24,000 bases of DNA from Balneolales bacterium (GCA_020832405.1 JAFIET010000003.1:9769-33768), one strand, 5' to 3'. Shown: positions 1 to 9,501, counted from the first letter of the stretch. Numbers and translations: made by a program. The notes: generated by a model not told the origin, from the sequence alone.

Positions 1-299
1 AACTCTGTAAGCAGCACATGCCCGTTGTAATGGAAATCGCCAACGAGGGGCGTATCTACATTTTTTTTGAGCAGCTTCTCCTTTATATAGGGTACCGCTT
101 TGGCTGCTTCCTTGTTGTTTACGGTGATGCGCACGATTTCTGAACCGGCATCCGAAAGTTCGGCTACCTGTTTAACGGTGTCGTCGATATCAGCGGTGTC
201 GGTATTGGTCATGCTTTGTACTACAACGGGGGCACTTCCGCCAATGGCGACCTCCCCGACCATTACCTGTAAAGATTTTCTTCTGTTGATGGAAATCAT
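1..299 (-). CDS. ispG: 4-hydroxy-3-methylbut-2-en-1-yl diphosphate synthase (IspG/GcpE), N-terminal ~99 aa; the gene runs off the left edge
   Basis: Hand translation of the minus strand from ATG (complement of 297-299) gives [99 protein letters not shown]. It is colinear with E. coli IspG (RRKS..V..V.IG..AP..VQSMTNT...D...TV.Q...L...G..IVR..V). It is absent from the ORF track because no stop codon lies in the window. The 100..315 plus ORF is its antisense shadow. Confidence 0.85.
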   Translation of the reverse strand, partial: MISINRRKSLQVMVGEVAIGGSAPVVVQSMTNTDTADIDDTVKQVAELSDAGSEIVRITVNNKEAAKAVPYIKEKLLKKNVDTPLVGDFHYNGHVLLTE

Positions 300-352
300 G
301 CGCGGATTAATTTGAATATTCGGAAATAAAAAGCGGGTAAACAACGGATGCC

Positions 353-382
353 GGTTTCGCCGGGTAAACAGATGGCGAAACC
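353..382 (-). other. GC-rich stem-loop between the rhomboid stop and the ispG start; possible terminator or leader structure
   Basis: Perfect 9-bp inverted repeat: GGTTTCGCC (353-361) and GGCGAAACC (374-382), with a 12-nt loop. No U-run follows directly on the minus strand; a TTTTT run occurs ~25 nt later. The loop carries one copy of a 10-nt direct repeat, CGGGTAAACA (334-343 and 361-370). Confidence 0.3.
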
Positions 383-448
383 ATGAGCGTGTAACTCTCA
401 GGGCACCATAACAAAAAGGCGTGCTGATTGGTTCTGAAAACAGCTGAA

Positions 449-1321
449 TTAGTTTCGGCGGCTGAGTTCAAACAAGGTGCGTTTTTCTTCAGCAGAAAGA
501 CCGTCGTAGCCGTTTTTGGAAATTTTTTCGAGTATGCGGTCGAGCTCATCCTGTTCTACTTCATCGAGAATTTCGGCGTCATCCACGGCATACAGCTTTG
601 ATTTTTTGCCGGCACCGGCCGGACCCCGCATTTCAGGGGCTTTCTTTTTGGGCCTGAGTTTTTCACCGATAGCTGTAAGCCAGGCGTCGTAGTTGTAGCC
701 GCGGTACCACATTTTGAGCAGTACAAACCCCCAGAACGCGCCGCCAAGGTGAACGATACGGGCGATGTTATCTGAGGCCGAAAGGAAGAGGATGTCAATG
801 CCAATTAAACCGGCTACAATAAAACGGGCTTCGATAGGCGGAAAGAAGATAAGCATCAGCTTATACCTCGGGAACAGCATCGCAAAGGCAACCATTATGC
901 CGAAAACCGCGCCCGATGCACCGATGGTGGGAATGAGTGCCCCGCCGAAAACGGACGTAACCACGGTATTCACCAGCGCGCCCCCGATTCCGGAGCCGAA
1001 ATAAATCGTGAGAAAGTTCTTGGTGCCGATGTGGTCTTCCACAATTCTCCCCAAAAACCACAGCCAGAGCATGTTAAACAGCAGATGGAAAATGCCCCCG
1101 TGCAGAAACATGTAGGTTACCAGGCGCCAGGGCTGCGTAAAGGTGAGATACGGTTCAGAAAAAAATCCAAAATTCTGATTCAGGAAAGTGCTGAAGCCGC
1201 GCCCGCCCAGCATTCCGATCACAAATACCGCAACGTTGATGGTAATGATCCATCTGATGCCCGGCGGCATCATCAGCCAGCCCCGTTTAAATGCCTGCCC
1301 GAAAGAACCCTGCTGATACAT
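449..1321 (-). CDS. Rhomboid-family intramembrane serine protease with a ~70-aa charged C-terminal cytoplasmic extension
   Basis: 290-aa ORF. Rhomboid signatures: [18 protein letters not shown] (TM2 H/N), catalytic GASGAVFG (GxSG), and the catalytic His in VHLGGAFWG. Multiple hydrophobic segments. The tail is [16 protein letters not shown]...[38 protein letters not shown] lies 8 nt upstream of the ATG, inside the end of the previous gene. Confidence 0.85.
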   Translation of the reverse strand: MYQQGSFGQAFKRGWLMMPPGIRWIITINVAVFVIGMLGGRGFSTFLNQNFGFFSEPYLTFTQPWRLVTYMFLHGGIFHLLFNMLWLWFLGRIVEDHIGTKNFLTIYFGSGIGGALVNTVVTSVFGGALIPTIGASGAVFGIMVAFAMLFPRYKLMLIFFPPIEARFIVAGLIGIDILFLSASDNIARIVHLGGAFWGFVLLKMWYRGYNYDAWLTAIGEKLRPKKKAPEMRGPAGAGKKSKLYAVDDAEILDEVEQDELDRILEKISKNGYDGLSAEEKRTLFELSRRN

Positions 1322-1326
1322 AGGGG

Positions 1327-1920
1327 TTACTCCAGATCGGTTGGTAATTTCCAGATGCGGATTAGTACAAAGCCGACAATCATTCCGCCGAGGTGGGCAA
1401 AGTGCGCGATTCCGGTCTGCAGGTTGGATATGCCCATCATCAGCTCAAACACGCCATAAATAATCACAAAATATTTGGCCGGTATGCCTACGGGTATCAG
1501 CAGCATATAGATACGCCGGTTGGGAAACATCAGCCCGAAAGCGAGCAGAATGGCGAATACACCGCCGGAAGCTCCGATTACGGGGCTGCCGGTTGTTATC
1601 ATGTGGATGATGGCCGCCCCAACTCCCGCTGCAAAATAATACAGGGCGAAGGTTTTGGTACCCCAAACCGATTCGATGGCGGTTCCGAAAATCCACAGGG
1701 CGAACATGTTGAAAAAAATATGAAACATGCCGCCGTGCAGAAACATGTATGTAATCAGCTGCCAGGGCCGGAACATGCCGCTTTCAATCGGGAAAAGGGC
1801 AAAATTGAAGAAAAGCAAATTTTGCAGGGCCGGCGTGTTCAGCGCCAGAAAAGTTAGCCCGTTTATAATAAGCAGGTGTTTTACAGCCGGCGTAAAAGCG
1901 GAAGTCTGATAATAATTCAA
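1327..1920 (-). CDS. Rhomboid-family intramembrane serine protease (minimal 6-TM form)
   Basis: 197-aa ORF. Signatures: HGGMFHIFFNMFALWIFG, GASGGVFA, FAHLGGMIVG. The stop lies 5 nt upstream of the next rhomboid start, so the two are probably co-transcribed. The start codon is TTG (complement of 1918-1920). No in-frame ATG occurs before the first TM segment. Confidence 0.8.
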   Translation of the reverse strand: MNYYQTSAFTPAVKHLLIINGLTFLALNTPALQNLLFFNFALFPIESGMFRPWQLITYMFLHGGMFHIFFNMFALWIFGTAIESVWGTKTFALYYFAAGVGAAIIHMITTGSPVIGASGGVFAILLAFGLMFPNRRIYMLLIPVGIPAKYFVIIYGVFELMMGISNLQTGIAHFAHLGGMIVGFVLIRIWKLPTDLE

Positions 1921-1938
1921 TCTCTCGGGGATTGTGGT

Positions 1939-3444
1939 TTAACTGTCGTTTTTCTTAATCCGGTAATATACGTTTATTCCGCCTAAAGTGACGCCCGGAA
2001 TTCCCTGACCGGGGTAGGAGGTGTCGCCGCACTGATAAATTCCGGGGAAGGGCGCCTCGGTTTGGGGCCAGTCAACCAGGGAGCGGCTCATGCTCTGCGG
2101 GATGCCTCCCACGCGCCCGTCTTTGCGGTAAACCCAGTTTTGCCAGGTAACCGGCGTAGCAGGGAAAGCCATCTTAACGCCTGACTCTTTAAAGCCGGGG
2201 AAGTTTCTGCTGAGGAAATCGAGTATGAAGTCCTGCACGCGGGTTTTGGTGGCTTCGTAGCTCTCTCCCATTTCGAACCATTTACGGGTTGGCGTGTGGC
2301 AGGAAATGTTCAGGGCCCGCTCGCCCTCCGGCGCACGGGAAGTATCTCCCCTTGCCGACATCGAGACAAATACAGAACCGGCTTCGGTTTCGGGCATTTG
2401 CTCGCCGGCTGGCAGATGCAGTTGGTGGTGAAGAGTGAGATGCTGATCGTAGGCATCGCCTGTAACAACCCCCATAGTGAATGCCCCCCATGCTTCATCG
2501 TAGCGTTCCGACTCTTTTTCGTAGTATAGACCCAGTTCGCCAGTTGAAATCTCTTTCATATTCCAGATAGGAATATTGGAAACAATTTTTCCGGCGAAAT
2601 AGCGCTCTCCATTGTCGGTTTCTGCTACGTAGCCCCCGCGCTCATGCTCAGAAAGGCGGATTACTTTCCTGCGGGTTTTGAGCTCACCGCCCGATTGTAC
2701 CAGGTGCTTTTCCAGCTGCCGCACCATATTCAGCAGGCCGCCGGGCACATAGTAATTGGCATATGAGGTGTAGGTTATGCCTGCTGCCCCAAAAATGAAG
2801 GGCGTTTCGTGCGCTTTGGCCTGTGCAGTAATCATGAGCTGCTCATCAATAAACCGGCGGAAAACCGGGGTATCTACCTCAAACTTTTGCATCACAGATG
2901 CCATGCTCTGAAAGGCATAGCGAAGCACTGGAGCATCAGTCGGGTTGTTGTTGATGGCGAGCTGAAGCCAGTCAGCAGCCCTCTTGGGCGGGAAAAACAC
3001 GTTGCGCTTCGATACTTTCCAGACGGTATCGGCTACATGAAAGGCTTCATCCCAAAAAGCTTTTTGATTGCTTCGCGGTATTTCGGGGAATGCACGTACA
3101 GATTCCTCAAGCCAGGCCTGCCGGTTTTTATAACGGATAATATGCTGCCCGCCAAGGTGTACCGTCATGGAGGGGTTTATTTCCTGCTTTTTTAGCCTGA
3201 TGCCAAGCTCTTCTTCAAGGGTGCGCAGCGGCTGGTTTTCGTCGAACCCGATAAGTGTGGTGGCCCCGCTTTCAAAAACGTAGCCTTTTCTTTTGTAGGA
3301 TGAGCTGCACCCGCCCGGCACATGCGCAGCTTCAAGCACGGTTACTTTGTAGCCATCTTTGGCAAGCATACAGGCAGCACTCATGCCGCCCATGCCGGAA
3401 CCGATTACAATAATGTCTGTTTTAAAAGTCTTGGATGATTTCAT
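1939..3444 (-). CDS. FAD/NAD(P)-dependent oxidoreductase, phytoene desaturase family (CrtI/CrtD-like, COG1233-type)
   Basis: 501-aa ORF. N-terminal Rossmann dinucleotide motif DIIVIGSGMGGMSAACMLAKDGYKVTVLEAAHVPGG. C-terminal family signature GIYQCGDTSYPGQGIPGVTLGG. The substrate (carotenoid or other) cannot be assigned by eye. Confidence 0.75.
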   Translation of the reverse strand: MKSSKTFKTDIIVIGSGMGGMSAACMLAKDGYKVTVLEAAHVPGGCSSSYKRKGYVFESGATTLIGFDENQPLRTLEEELGIRLKKQEINPSMTVHLGGQHIIRYKNRQAWLEESVRAFPEIPRSNQKAFWDEAFHVADTVWKVSKRNVFFPPKRAADWLQLAINNNPTDAPVLRYAFQSMASVMQKFEVDTPVFRRFIDEQLMITAQAKAHETPFIFGAAGITYTSYANYYVPGGLLNMVRQLEKHLVQSGGELKTRRKVIRLSEHERGGYVAETDNGERYFAGKIVSNIPIWNMKEISTGELGLYYEKESERYDEAWGAFTMGVVTGDAYDQHLTLHHQLHLPAGEQMPETEAGSVFVSMSARGDTSRAPEGERALNISCHTPTRKWFEMGESYEATKTRVQDFILDFLSRNFPGFKESGVKMAFPATPVTWQNWVYRKDGRVGGIPQSMSRSLVDWPQTEAPFPGIYQCGDTSYPGQGIPGVTLGGINVYYRIKKNDS

Positions 3445-3586
3445 GCCGGAGATAACAGCAAACGCTGTTAAGGCGTTTCTGAAAATTAACTGCCCGATGA
3501 TTTACCCAAAGTACTTCGCACCAAACTCAAAATGAATCATTTTGGTGGTATGCAGCAGTTTAATGTTTTATGTAAGCTTATATTTA

Positions 3587-4366
3587 TCAGCGCTCTGCGT
3601 ACCATATGGCTGGCTTTTTATCAAGGAAGGACTTAATACCGTACTGACAGTCATCACTGCCGCGGGCTTTTGCATTGAGTACAACTGCCTCCTCCAGAGC
3701 TTCATTAAAAGAAATCTCGTTTACCCTGCCGATCAGTTTTTTGGTGAGCGCCATGGCCTCACCGCTGCATTTATGAATCAACCCGTAAATCAGGTGATGC
3801 ACGGTCTGCTGATAGTTTTCAAGCGTAACGGCTTCGCTGATAAGGCCGATGCGGGCTGCCTGCCGGGCATCGATAAGGCTTCCGGTGAGTAATAAATTCC
3901 TGGCGTGTGTTTCCCCGACCTTGCGCACCAAAAACTGCGCTACGATGGCCGGCACAAAACCAATTCGGGTTTCAGTGTAACCGAATTTAGCGTTTTCAGC
4001 AGCAATGGTGATGTCGCAAACAGAAGCAAGGCCGCATCCGCCGGCAATGGCATGCCCGTGCACAGCGGCTACAACAGGCTTTGGCCCTTCATGAATGATG
4101 CGAAAGAGTTCGGCAAGGTGCCGGGAATCCTTGAGATTTTCTTCGTAGGTGGCATCCTGCAGATTTTTCAGCATCTCAAGATCGGCACCGGCACAAAATA
4201 CATCACCCTCTCCCCTCAGTTTTATGACTTTAACACTGTCGTTTGCAAAAAAATCGGTAAAGGCCGCTTTAAGGGCCCCAACCATTTCAAAATTTAGTGC
4301 ATTGCGTTTTTCAGGCCGGTTGAGGCTGATGGTTCCAAGCCCCTGATTAATATCCGTGAGAATCAT
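3587..4366 (-). CDS. Enoyl-CoA hydratase/isomerase (crotonase) family protein
   Basis: 259-aa ORF. Motifs: LNRPEKRNALN, the oxyanion-hole motif VFCAGADL, GHAIAGGCGLASVCDI, and catalytic-Glu context ETRIGFVP. Confidence 0.85.
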   Translation of the reverse strand: MILTDINQGLGTISLNRPEKRNALNFEMVGALKAAFTDFFANDSVKVIKLRGEGDVFCAGADLEMLKNLQDATYEENLKDSRHLAELFRIIHEGPKPVVAAVHGHAIAGGCGLASVCDITIAAENAKFGYTETRIGFVPAIVAQFLVRKVGETHARNLLLTGSLIDARQAARIGLISEAVTLENYQQTVHHLIYGLIHKCSGEAMALTKKLIGRVNEISFNEALEEAVVLNAKARGSDDCQYGIKSFLDKKPAIWYAER

Positions 4367-4498
4367 ATATAATCGAAATAAGTCGAATCTGTTAGTAATG
4401 GCTTTCGGGTTGAGACAGCTGCTAAAATAAGTTGTTTTCCGGAAGTGAAATGTTCAAAAATGTGAAGGATAATACCCGGCGCTAACCAATGGCATTTT

Positions 4499-4535
4499 AA
4501 AAAAAAAGCGGATCGCTTTTCAGGGCGACCCGCTT
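4499..4535 (-). terminator. Rho-independent terminator downstream of pckG
   Basis: The minus-strand RNA reads AAGCGGGUCGC-CCUGAAAA-GCGAUCCGCUU. This is an 11-bp stem with one G.U pair, followed by nine U (A-run 4499-4507 on the plus strand). It lies 56 nt after the pckG stop. Confidence 0.85.
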
Positions 4536-4590
4536 GTGTTCAAACTTTTCATCTACTAACTAACTACTATAATAGCATTTCTGCTGTGCC

Positions 4591-6432
4591 TCAGTGAGGG
4601 CGTTCCGGTGCAAGGCTGAAGTGCTCAGGAGAGCGCCACAGACCGGAAACGAGCAGCTCGCGCATGAAGAAAATTTCTTTCGGCAGCTTATCATAAAGCT
4701 TGCTGAAGAGTTCTTCATGGCCAAGAAGTTCTTCTTTCCATACTTCGGTATCGATATCCATCACCTCGTTGAACTGCTCTTCGCTAAAATCAAGGCCTCT
4801 CCAGTCGAGGTCTTCGTAGCGGGGCATCCAGCCGAGCGGGCTTTCAACGGCTGAGGTTTCACCTTTAACGCGTTCCACAATCCAGCGGAGTACGCGCATG
4901 TTTTCCCCAAAACCAGGCCATGCAAATTTGCCGTCGGCATTTTTGCGGAACCAGTTAACCCCGAAGATACGCGGAGGGTTGTTGATTTCGCGGCCAAGCT
5001 GCAGCCAGTGGTTGATGTAATCGCCCATATGGTAGCCGGCGAAGGGCAGCTGCGCGAAAGGATCGCGGCGAACTTTACCCATGGTACCGAAGGCAGCGGC
5101 TGTCATTTCAGAGCCCATGGTAGCTGCGAGGTAAACCCCGAAGTTCCAGTTGAAGGCCTGATAAACGAGAGGCACTGTAGAAGCACGGCGGCCGCCGAAA
5201 ATGAAGGCGCTGATAGGCACACCGGCAGGATCTTCCCAGGCGGGGTCGATAGAAGGGCACTGCGCAGCAGGTGCCGTAAAGCGTGCGTTAGGATGCGCAG
5301 CAGGCTTGCCGCTTGCAGGATCGTAACGGTTGCCCTGCCAGTCGGTCATGTTGGCCGGCGCTTCTTTGGTTTTCTCTTCCCACCATACTTCGCCATCGTC
5401 GGTAAGGCCGCAGTTGGTGTAAATAGTGTTGGACTTGATGCTCTCCATCGCGTTCGGGTTGGTTGCGTAGTTGGTACCAGGGGCAACACCGAAGAAACCG
5501 GCTTCAGGATTGATGGCATAGAGCTTGCCGTCTTTACCGGGCTTAATCCAGGCAATATCATCGCCGATGGTAGTCACTTTCCAGCCGTCCATTTCTTTAG
5601 GCGGGATAAGCATCGCGAAATTTGTTTTACCGCATGCGCTTGGGAAAGCGGCGGCTACATAAGTTTTTTCACCTTCAGGTGATTCTACACCGAGAATGAG
5701 CATGTGCTCAGCCAGCCAGCCGTTGTCGCGGGCCATGGTAGAGGCAATACGAAGAGCAAAGCACTTCTTGCCAAGCAGGGCGTTTCCGCCGTAACCGGAA
5801 CCGTATGACTGAATCAGTTTCTCTTCGGGGTAATGTACAATGTACTTGGTAGTGGGGTTACATGGCCATGGCACATCTTCCTGCCCTTCCTCGAGAGGTG
5901 CGCCAACAGAGTGTACACACTTCACATACTCGCCGTCTTCGCCGAGAACATTAATTACATCACGGCCCATGCGGGTCATGATGCGCATGTTTACAACTAC
6001 ATATTCTGAGTCGGTAATTTCGATACCGATTTCAGCAATATCAGAACCAATCGGGCCCATGCTGAAAGGAATCACATACATGGTGCGGCCTTTCATACAG
6101 CCGTCGTAAAGCCCCTGAAGGGTCTCTTTCATTTTGGCAGGATCTTCCCAGTTGTTGGTGGGTCCGGCATCTTCCTTGCGGCGGCTGCAAATGTATGTTC
6201 TGTCTTCTACCCGTGCAACATCACTCGGATCAGAGAATGCAGCATAAGAATTAGGGTGTTTTTCTTCATTCAGTTTCTTAAAAGTGCCGCCCTTAACCAA
6301 GCGGTCGATCATCACATCATTTTCTTCTTCAGAACCATCACACCAGTGAACACTGTCTGGCTTAAGTAGTGCGGCCATTTCTTCGACCCATGCTACCAGT
6401 TCTTTATGTTTTACTTCATTCCTATAGCTCAT
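4591..6432 (-). CDS. pckG: Phosphoenolpyruvate carboxykinase (GTP)
   Basis: 613-aa ORF. Kinase-1a P-loop [15 protein letters not shown], plus [12 protein letters not shown] and FGVNWFRK. Length and overall sequence are typical of GTP-type PEPCK. A GGAG lies 8 nt upstream of the ATG. Confidence 0.95.
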   Translation of the reverse strand: MSYRNEVKHKELVAWVEEMAALLKPDSVHWCDGSEEENDVMIDRLVKGGTFKKLNEEKHPNSYAAFSDPSDVARVEDRTYICSRRKEDAGPTNNWEDPAKMKETLQGLYDGCMKGRTMYVIPFSMGPIGSDIAEIGIEITDSEYVVVNMRIMTRMGRDVINVLGEDGEYVKCVHSVGAPLEEGQEDVPWPCNPTTKYIVHYPEEKLIQSYGSGYGGNALLGKKCFALRIASTMARDNGWLAEHMLILGVESPEGEKTYVAAAFPSACGKTNFAMLIPPKEMDGWKVTTIGDDIAWIKPGKDGKLYAINPEAGFFGVAPGTNYATNPNAMESIKSNTIYTNCGLTDDGEVWWEEKTKEAPANMTDWQGNRYDPASGKPAAHPNARFTAPAAQCPSIDPAWEDPAGVPISAFIFGGRRASTVPLVYQAFNWNFGVYLAATMGSEMTAAAFGTMGKVRRDPFAQLPFAGYHMGDYINHWLQLGREINNPPRIFGVNWFRKNADGKFAWPGFGENMRVLRWIVERVKGETSAVESPLGWMPRYEDLDWRGLDFSEEQFNEVMDIDTEVWKEELLGHEELFSKLYDKLPKEIFFMRELLVSGLWRSPEHFSLAPERPH

Positions 6433-6863
6433 AAATTTTACTCCGCTTTTTTGCGTCTGAAATAACAGAATTATGATTTTGGTTGATTGCCAGCTTCATG
6501 GTAAACAGCCCTGAGTGACAACGCCTCTAATATATGAAGGGGAAGTATCTAATTCAAACCTTGATATTAGAATATTGTTACCAATATTAGCTTGTTACCT
6601 TTTTGCGTGCGTTACATTTCAAAAAAGCGCTTTTATTTCTGATATACAAATTTGAATTGTTTATTTAGTGTTAAGAAGAGGTATGAACAATCGCTATACA
6701 CTTTGCTGATAAACACAATTTTGTTATATACTTATCAGGCTGTTTTTGAAGGTTTTGATTGTGCCTCAGGCTAATCCTTTTTTGTGCTTTATCGGTACTT
6801 CCGCCGGGTGCCGGGGCTGCACAGTCCGGGGTTTCGGTTGCCCGAGCTCACCTTCCGGCCCGC

Positions 6864-6895
6864 AAAAAAAAACCGGCTCCTTAAGAAGAAACCGG
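6864..6895 (-). terminator. Rho-independent terminator downstream of the EF-G-like gene
   Basis: The minus-strand RNA reads CCGGUUUCUU-CUU-AAGGAGCCGG. This is a 10-bp stem including two G.U pairs, followed by nine U (A-run 6864-6872 on the plus strand). It lies ~48 nt after the stop at 6943. Confidence 0.65.
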
Positions 6896-6942
6896 TCTCA
6901 TTTTTCCAGGCTGCTTTAGTTCACGCGAAAAAGCGGTGAAGC

Positions 6943-9069
6943 TTAATCGTCTTCCTCTTTTTCAGCGTTTTCTTTCATTACACGATCCTGAATGTCTCGT
7001 GGTACCTGTGCATAATCCACAAAGCGACGGGTATGGGTAGCACGGCCCTGTGTCATGCTTTTGAGCTGTGTGGTGTAGCGGCCAAGCTCGGCAAGCGGTA
7101 CACGTGCGGTAACCTTCTGCAGGCTTCCTTCAGAATCCATGCCCACTATCTGGCCGCGGCGGCCGGAAAGGTCGGTCATGATTTCACCCATAAACTCTGC
7201 CGGCACGAGCACATCTACCTCATAAACCGGCTCAAGCAGTTTAGGACCTGCTTCCAGAAAGCCTTTTTTAAAGGCCATCATCCCTGCCGTTTTGAAAGCA
7301 GCTTCGTTTGAATCAACCGAGTGCATGGCCCCGTCGAAAACCGACACGCGGATATCTCTTGCCCGGCATCCTGAAAGCGGCCCGTTTTCCATTTTATCCA
7401 TCACGCCTTTAAGAATAGCGGGCATGAAGCGGTTATCGATTACACCACCCACAATGCAATTATAAAACACCAGTTTGCCACCCCATTCGAGCTGATGCTC
7501 ATCGCGCCCGCGAACGTTCAGTTCCGGAGGGTCGGCCATGCCTTCGGTCCAGGGCTCAATGTACAGGTGTACATCAGCAAACTGCCCGGCACCGCCCGAC
7601 TGCTTTTTGTGGCGGTAATGCGTTTTTACTCCTTTCGAAATGGTTTCCCGGTAAGGGATTCTGGTATCCCCGAATTCAATATGGAGCTTGTACTGATTTT
7701 CAAGCACATGCTTCACTTTGTTAAGGTGCTCTTCTCCCTGACCGCTCAGAATGAGCTGACGCAGTTCGGCGTTGTGATCTACCCTGAGTGCCGGGTCTTC
7801 GCGCTGCAGTTGGTTCAGTGCCATACCTACCTTCTCTTCACTGCCGCTATCAGCAAGTACAGCAAGGCTGATGGTCGGCTCGGGGTAGGTAACCTTCCTG
7901 AAACTTACCGGATGTGCCTTATCGCAAATCGTATCGTTGGTGGTACAGTCTTTTAATTTTACGGCAACGCCGATATCTCCCGCGTACAGTTCGGGTACTT
8001 CAATCCGCTTTCCGCACTGCGGCACAAAAAGCGAACCTATTCTCAGGGTGTTGTTGGTACGTTCATTATACAAATCGATACCCGGCTTCAGAATACCGCT
8101 CGTAACTTTAAAATAAACAAGATCCCCGACATGCTCTTCATTGGTATGTTTGAAGATAAAGGCAGATGCCGGTTTATCCGGCGAAATTACGAACTCGCTG
8201 CCATCTTCGAGGGTTGAGGGCACGCCGTCCTGAGGCGATTCAATGGCGGCATCAATAAAGCCCATCACGCGGCCCGTGCCCATGTTACGCTCTGCTGAGA
8301 CACAGAATACCGGATGGATGGTGCCGGCCCGCATACTTTTGCGGAAACCGTCGATGAGTTCTTCTTCATCAAGAGTACCCTTCTCGAAATAAAGGTCCAT
8401 GAGCATCTCATCGTTTTCTGCGATAGCTTCAACAAGCTCATTATGCAGCAGGTCGGCGCGCGCTTTCATGGATTCGGGGATGGGGAGCTTCTCCGGTTTT
8501 CCGCCATCTTCCGGGAATTCATACATGGTCATTTTCATCACATCGATGATGGCGTTAAAACCCTGCCCCTCTTCATAGGGAAACTGAATGGTAACAACGG
8601 AACGGCCAAAACGCTCTTTGCAGCTATCAACAGCTTTTTCAAAAGCGGCATTAGGATGATCAAGTTTGTTAATTACGATCATGGAAGTTGTTCCGAAATC
8701 GCGGGCATACTTCCAGAGCAGGTCGGTACCTACTTCAACACCATGTTCGGCATTAATTACAAAAATATTATTTCGTGCAATACGCAGCGGTGCAACAACT
8801 TCTCCGATAAAATCCGCAGTACCCGGTGTATCAATGAGGTTTATTTTGTGGCCGCGCCAGTCCAGGTTAAGCACAGTCGTGAATACCGATTTTTCTTTTT
8901 CTTTCTCCATCGGGTGGTAATCAGACATCGTAGAGCCCGCACTTACCGAGCCTCTTCGTGTTATAGATCCTGCTTCAAAGGCCATAGTTTCAGCCAGGGT
9001 GGTTTTCCCTGAACCTGAATGACCCAGCAGGACGACATTCCGTAATTTGTCGGTTTTGTACACATTCAT
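6943..9069 (-). CDS. Elongation factor G paralogue (EF-G2-type translational GTPase)
   Basis: 708-aa ORF. G1 LLGHSGSGKTTL resembles the GHAGSGKT of Thermus EF-G2 rather than the canonical AHIDAGKTT. G3 is DTPGTADF and G4 is NKLD. EF-G domain II-V-like sequence continues to the C-terminus. An AGGAG lies 9 nt upstream of the ATG. No rpsL, rpsG or tuf gene is adjacent. Confidence 0.9.
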   Translation of the reverse strand: MNVYKTDKLRNVVLLGHSGSGKTTLAETMAFEAGSITRRGSVSAGSTMSDYHPMEKEKEKSVFTTVLNLDWRGHKINLIDTPGTADFIGEVVAPLRIARNNIFVINAEHGVEVGTDLLWKYARDFGTTSMIVINKLDHPNAAFEKAVDSCKERFGRSVVTIQFPYEEGQGFNAIIDVMKMTMYEFPEDGGKPEKLPIPESMKARADLLHNELVEAIAENDEMLMDLYFEKGTLDEEELIDGFRKSMRAGTIHPVFCVSAERNMGTGRVMGFIDAAIESPQDGVPSTLEDGSEFVISPDKPASAFIFKHTNEEHVGDLVYFKVTSGILKPGIDLYNERTNNTLRIGSLFVPQCGKRIEVPELYAGDIGVAVKLKDCTTNDTICDKAHPVSFRKVTYPEPTISLAVLADSGSEEKVGMALNQLQREDPALRVDHNAELRQLILSGQGEEHLNKVKHVLENQYKLHIEFGDTRIPYRETISKGVKTHYRHKKQSGGAGQFADVHLYIEPWTEGMADPPELNVRGRDEHQLEWGGKLVFYNCIVGGVIDNRFMPAILKGVMDKMENGPLSGCRARDIRVSVFDGAMHSVDSNEAAFKTAGMMAFKKGFLEAGPKLLEPVYEVDVLVPAEFMGEIMTDLSGRRGQIVGMDSEGSLQKVTARVPLAELGRYTTQLKSMTQGRATHTRRFVDYAQVPRDIQDRVMKENAEKEEDD

Positions 9070-9501
9070 ACGTTTATTCTCCTCTTTTCGGCAGCTTTTG
9101 CCGTTGTGATATGGTTGGTTGCCGCTACAAAGATGCTCAGGCCTGAAGCCTGTATTCTGGCGTGATTAGTCCGGTTACGTAACTCAGCGGCATGATGTCA
9201 AATCCCTTTATTAAGTGTTGCCAGTACCTGTATGCTGCCGAATCTTATGAAGCCGATAAACGGATGGTCTGCGCCGGCCCTGTGTTGAACTTTTGGTTCT
9301 CCTCCTTTATAGCGAATGAATTTGCTGATTTATTTGCACCTTCAATTAATCAGAATTTAGCCAATGATACAAGTAAAAATATCCAATTTCCAATATTCCT
9401 ATCCTATTATGAGATTTGCATCCCTTCAGCTTTTTGGCTTTTTTTAACTTACCTTCTGCACAGCTATTCCGATTAACCTTACCGACTGTTTACTACTGCC
9501 C

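Noticed and set aside
100-315. 71-aa plus-strand ORF at the left edge
   Set aside because: It lies antisense to a clearly recognisable ispG N-terminus on the minus strand, and its own sequence is low-complexity (S/T/A-rich).
3542-4346. Plus-strand ORFs 3542..3892, 3905..4297 and 4149..4346
   Set aside because: All three overlap the crotonase-family CDS on the opposite strand, and none has a motif of its own.
5008-5682. 224-aa plus-strand ORF inside pckG, together with other ORFs overlapping pckG on either strand (4594..4854, 4761..4997, 5346..5561, 5840..6109)
   Set aside because: It is antisense to a high-confidence PEPCK gene. The translation is Arg/Gly/Ala-rich, as expected of an antisense frame, and shows no motifs.
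6433-6500. 25-aa minus-strand upstream ORF ([25 protein letters not shown]) overlapping the pckG start
   Set aside because: It is short, has no SD, and nothing in the sequence distinguishes it from chance.
8314-9012. 232-aa plus-strand ORF inside the EF-G-like gene (also 7033..7311, 7495..7956, 7914..8105, 8666..8920)
   Set aside because: It is antisense to a well-supported GTPase gene. Its composition is Phe/Ile/Lys/Arg-rich with no recognisable domain.
9121-9191. Nested short palindromes: GCCGCT...AGCGGC, CAGGC-CTGAA-GCCTG, and GTTACGTAAC
   Set aside because: The stems are only 5-6 bp, and one has no loop. Such matches are expected by chance in a region of 70 nt, so the support for a structured RNA is insufficient.
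9192-9476. 94-aa ORF in the EF-G2/ansA divergent intergenic region
   Set aside because: The region is AT-rich. The sequence is not protein-like, has no SD or family signature, and sits where two divergent promoters must be. It is more likely non-coding.
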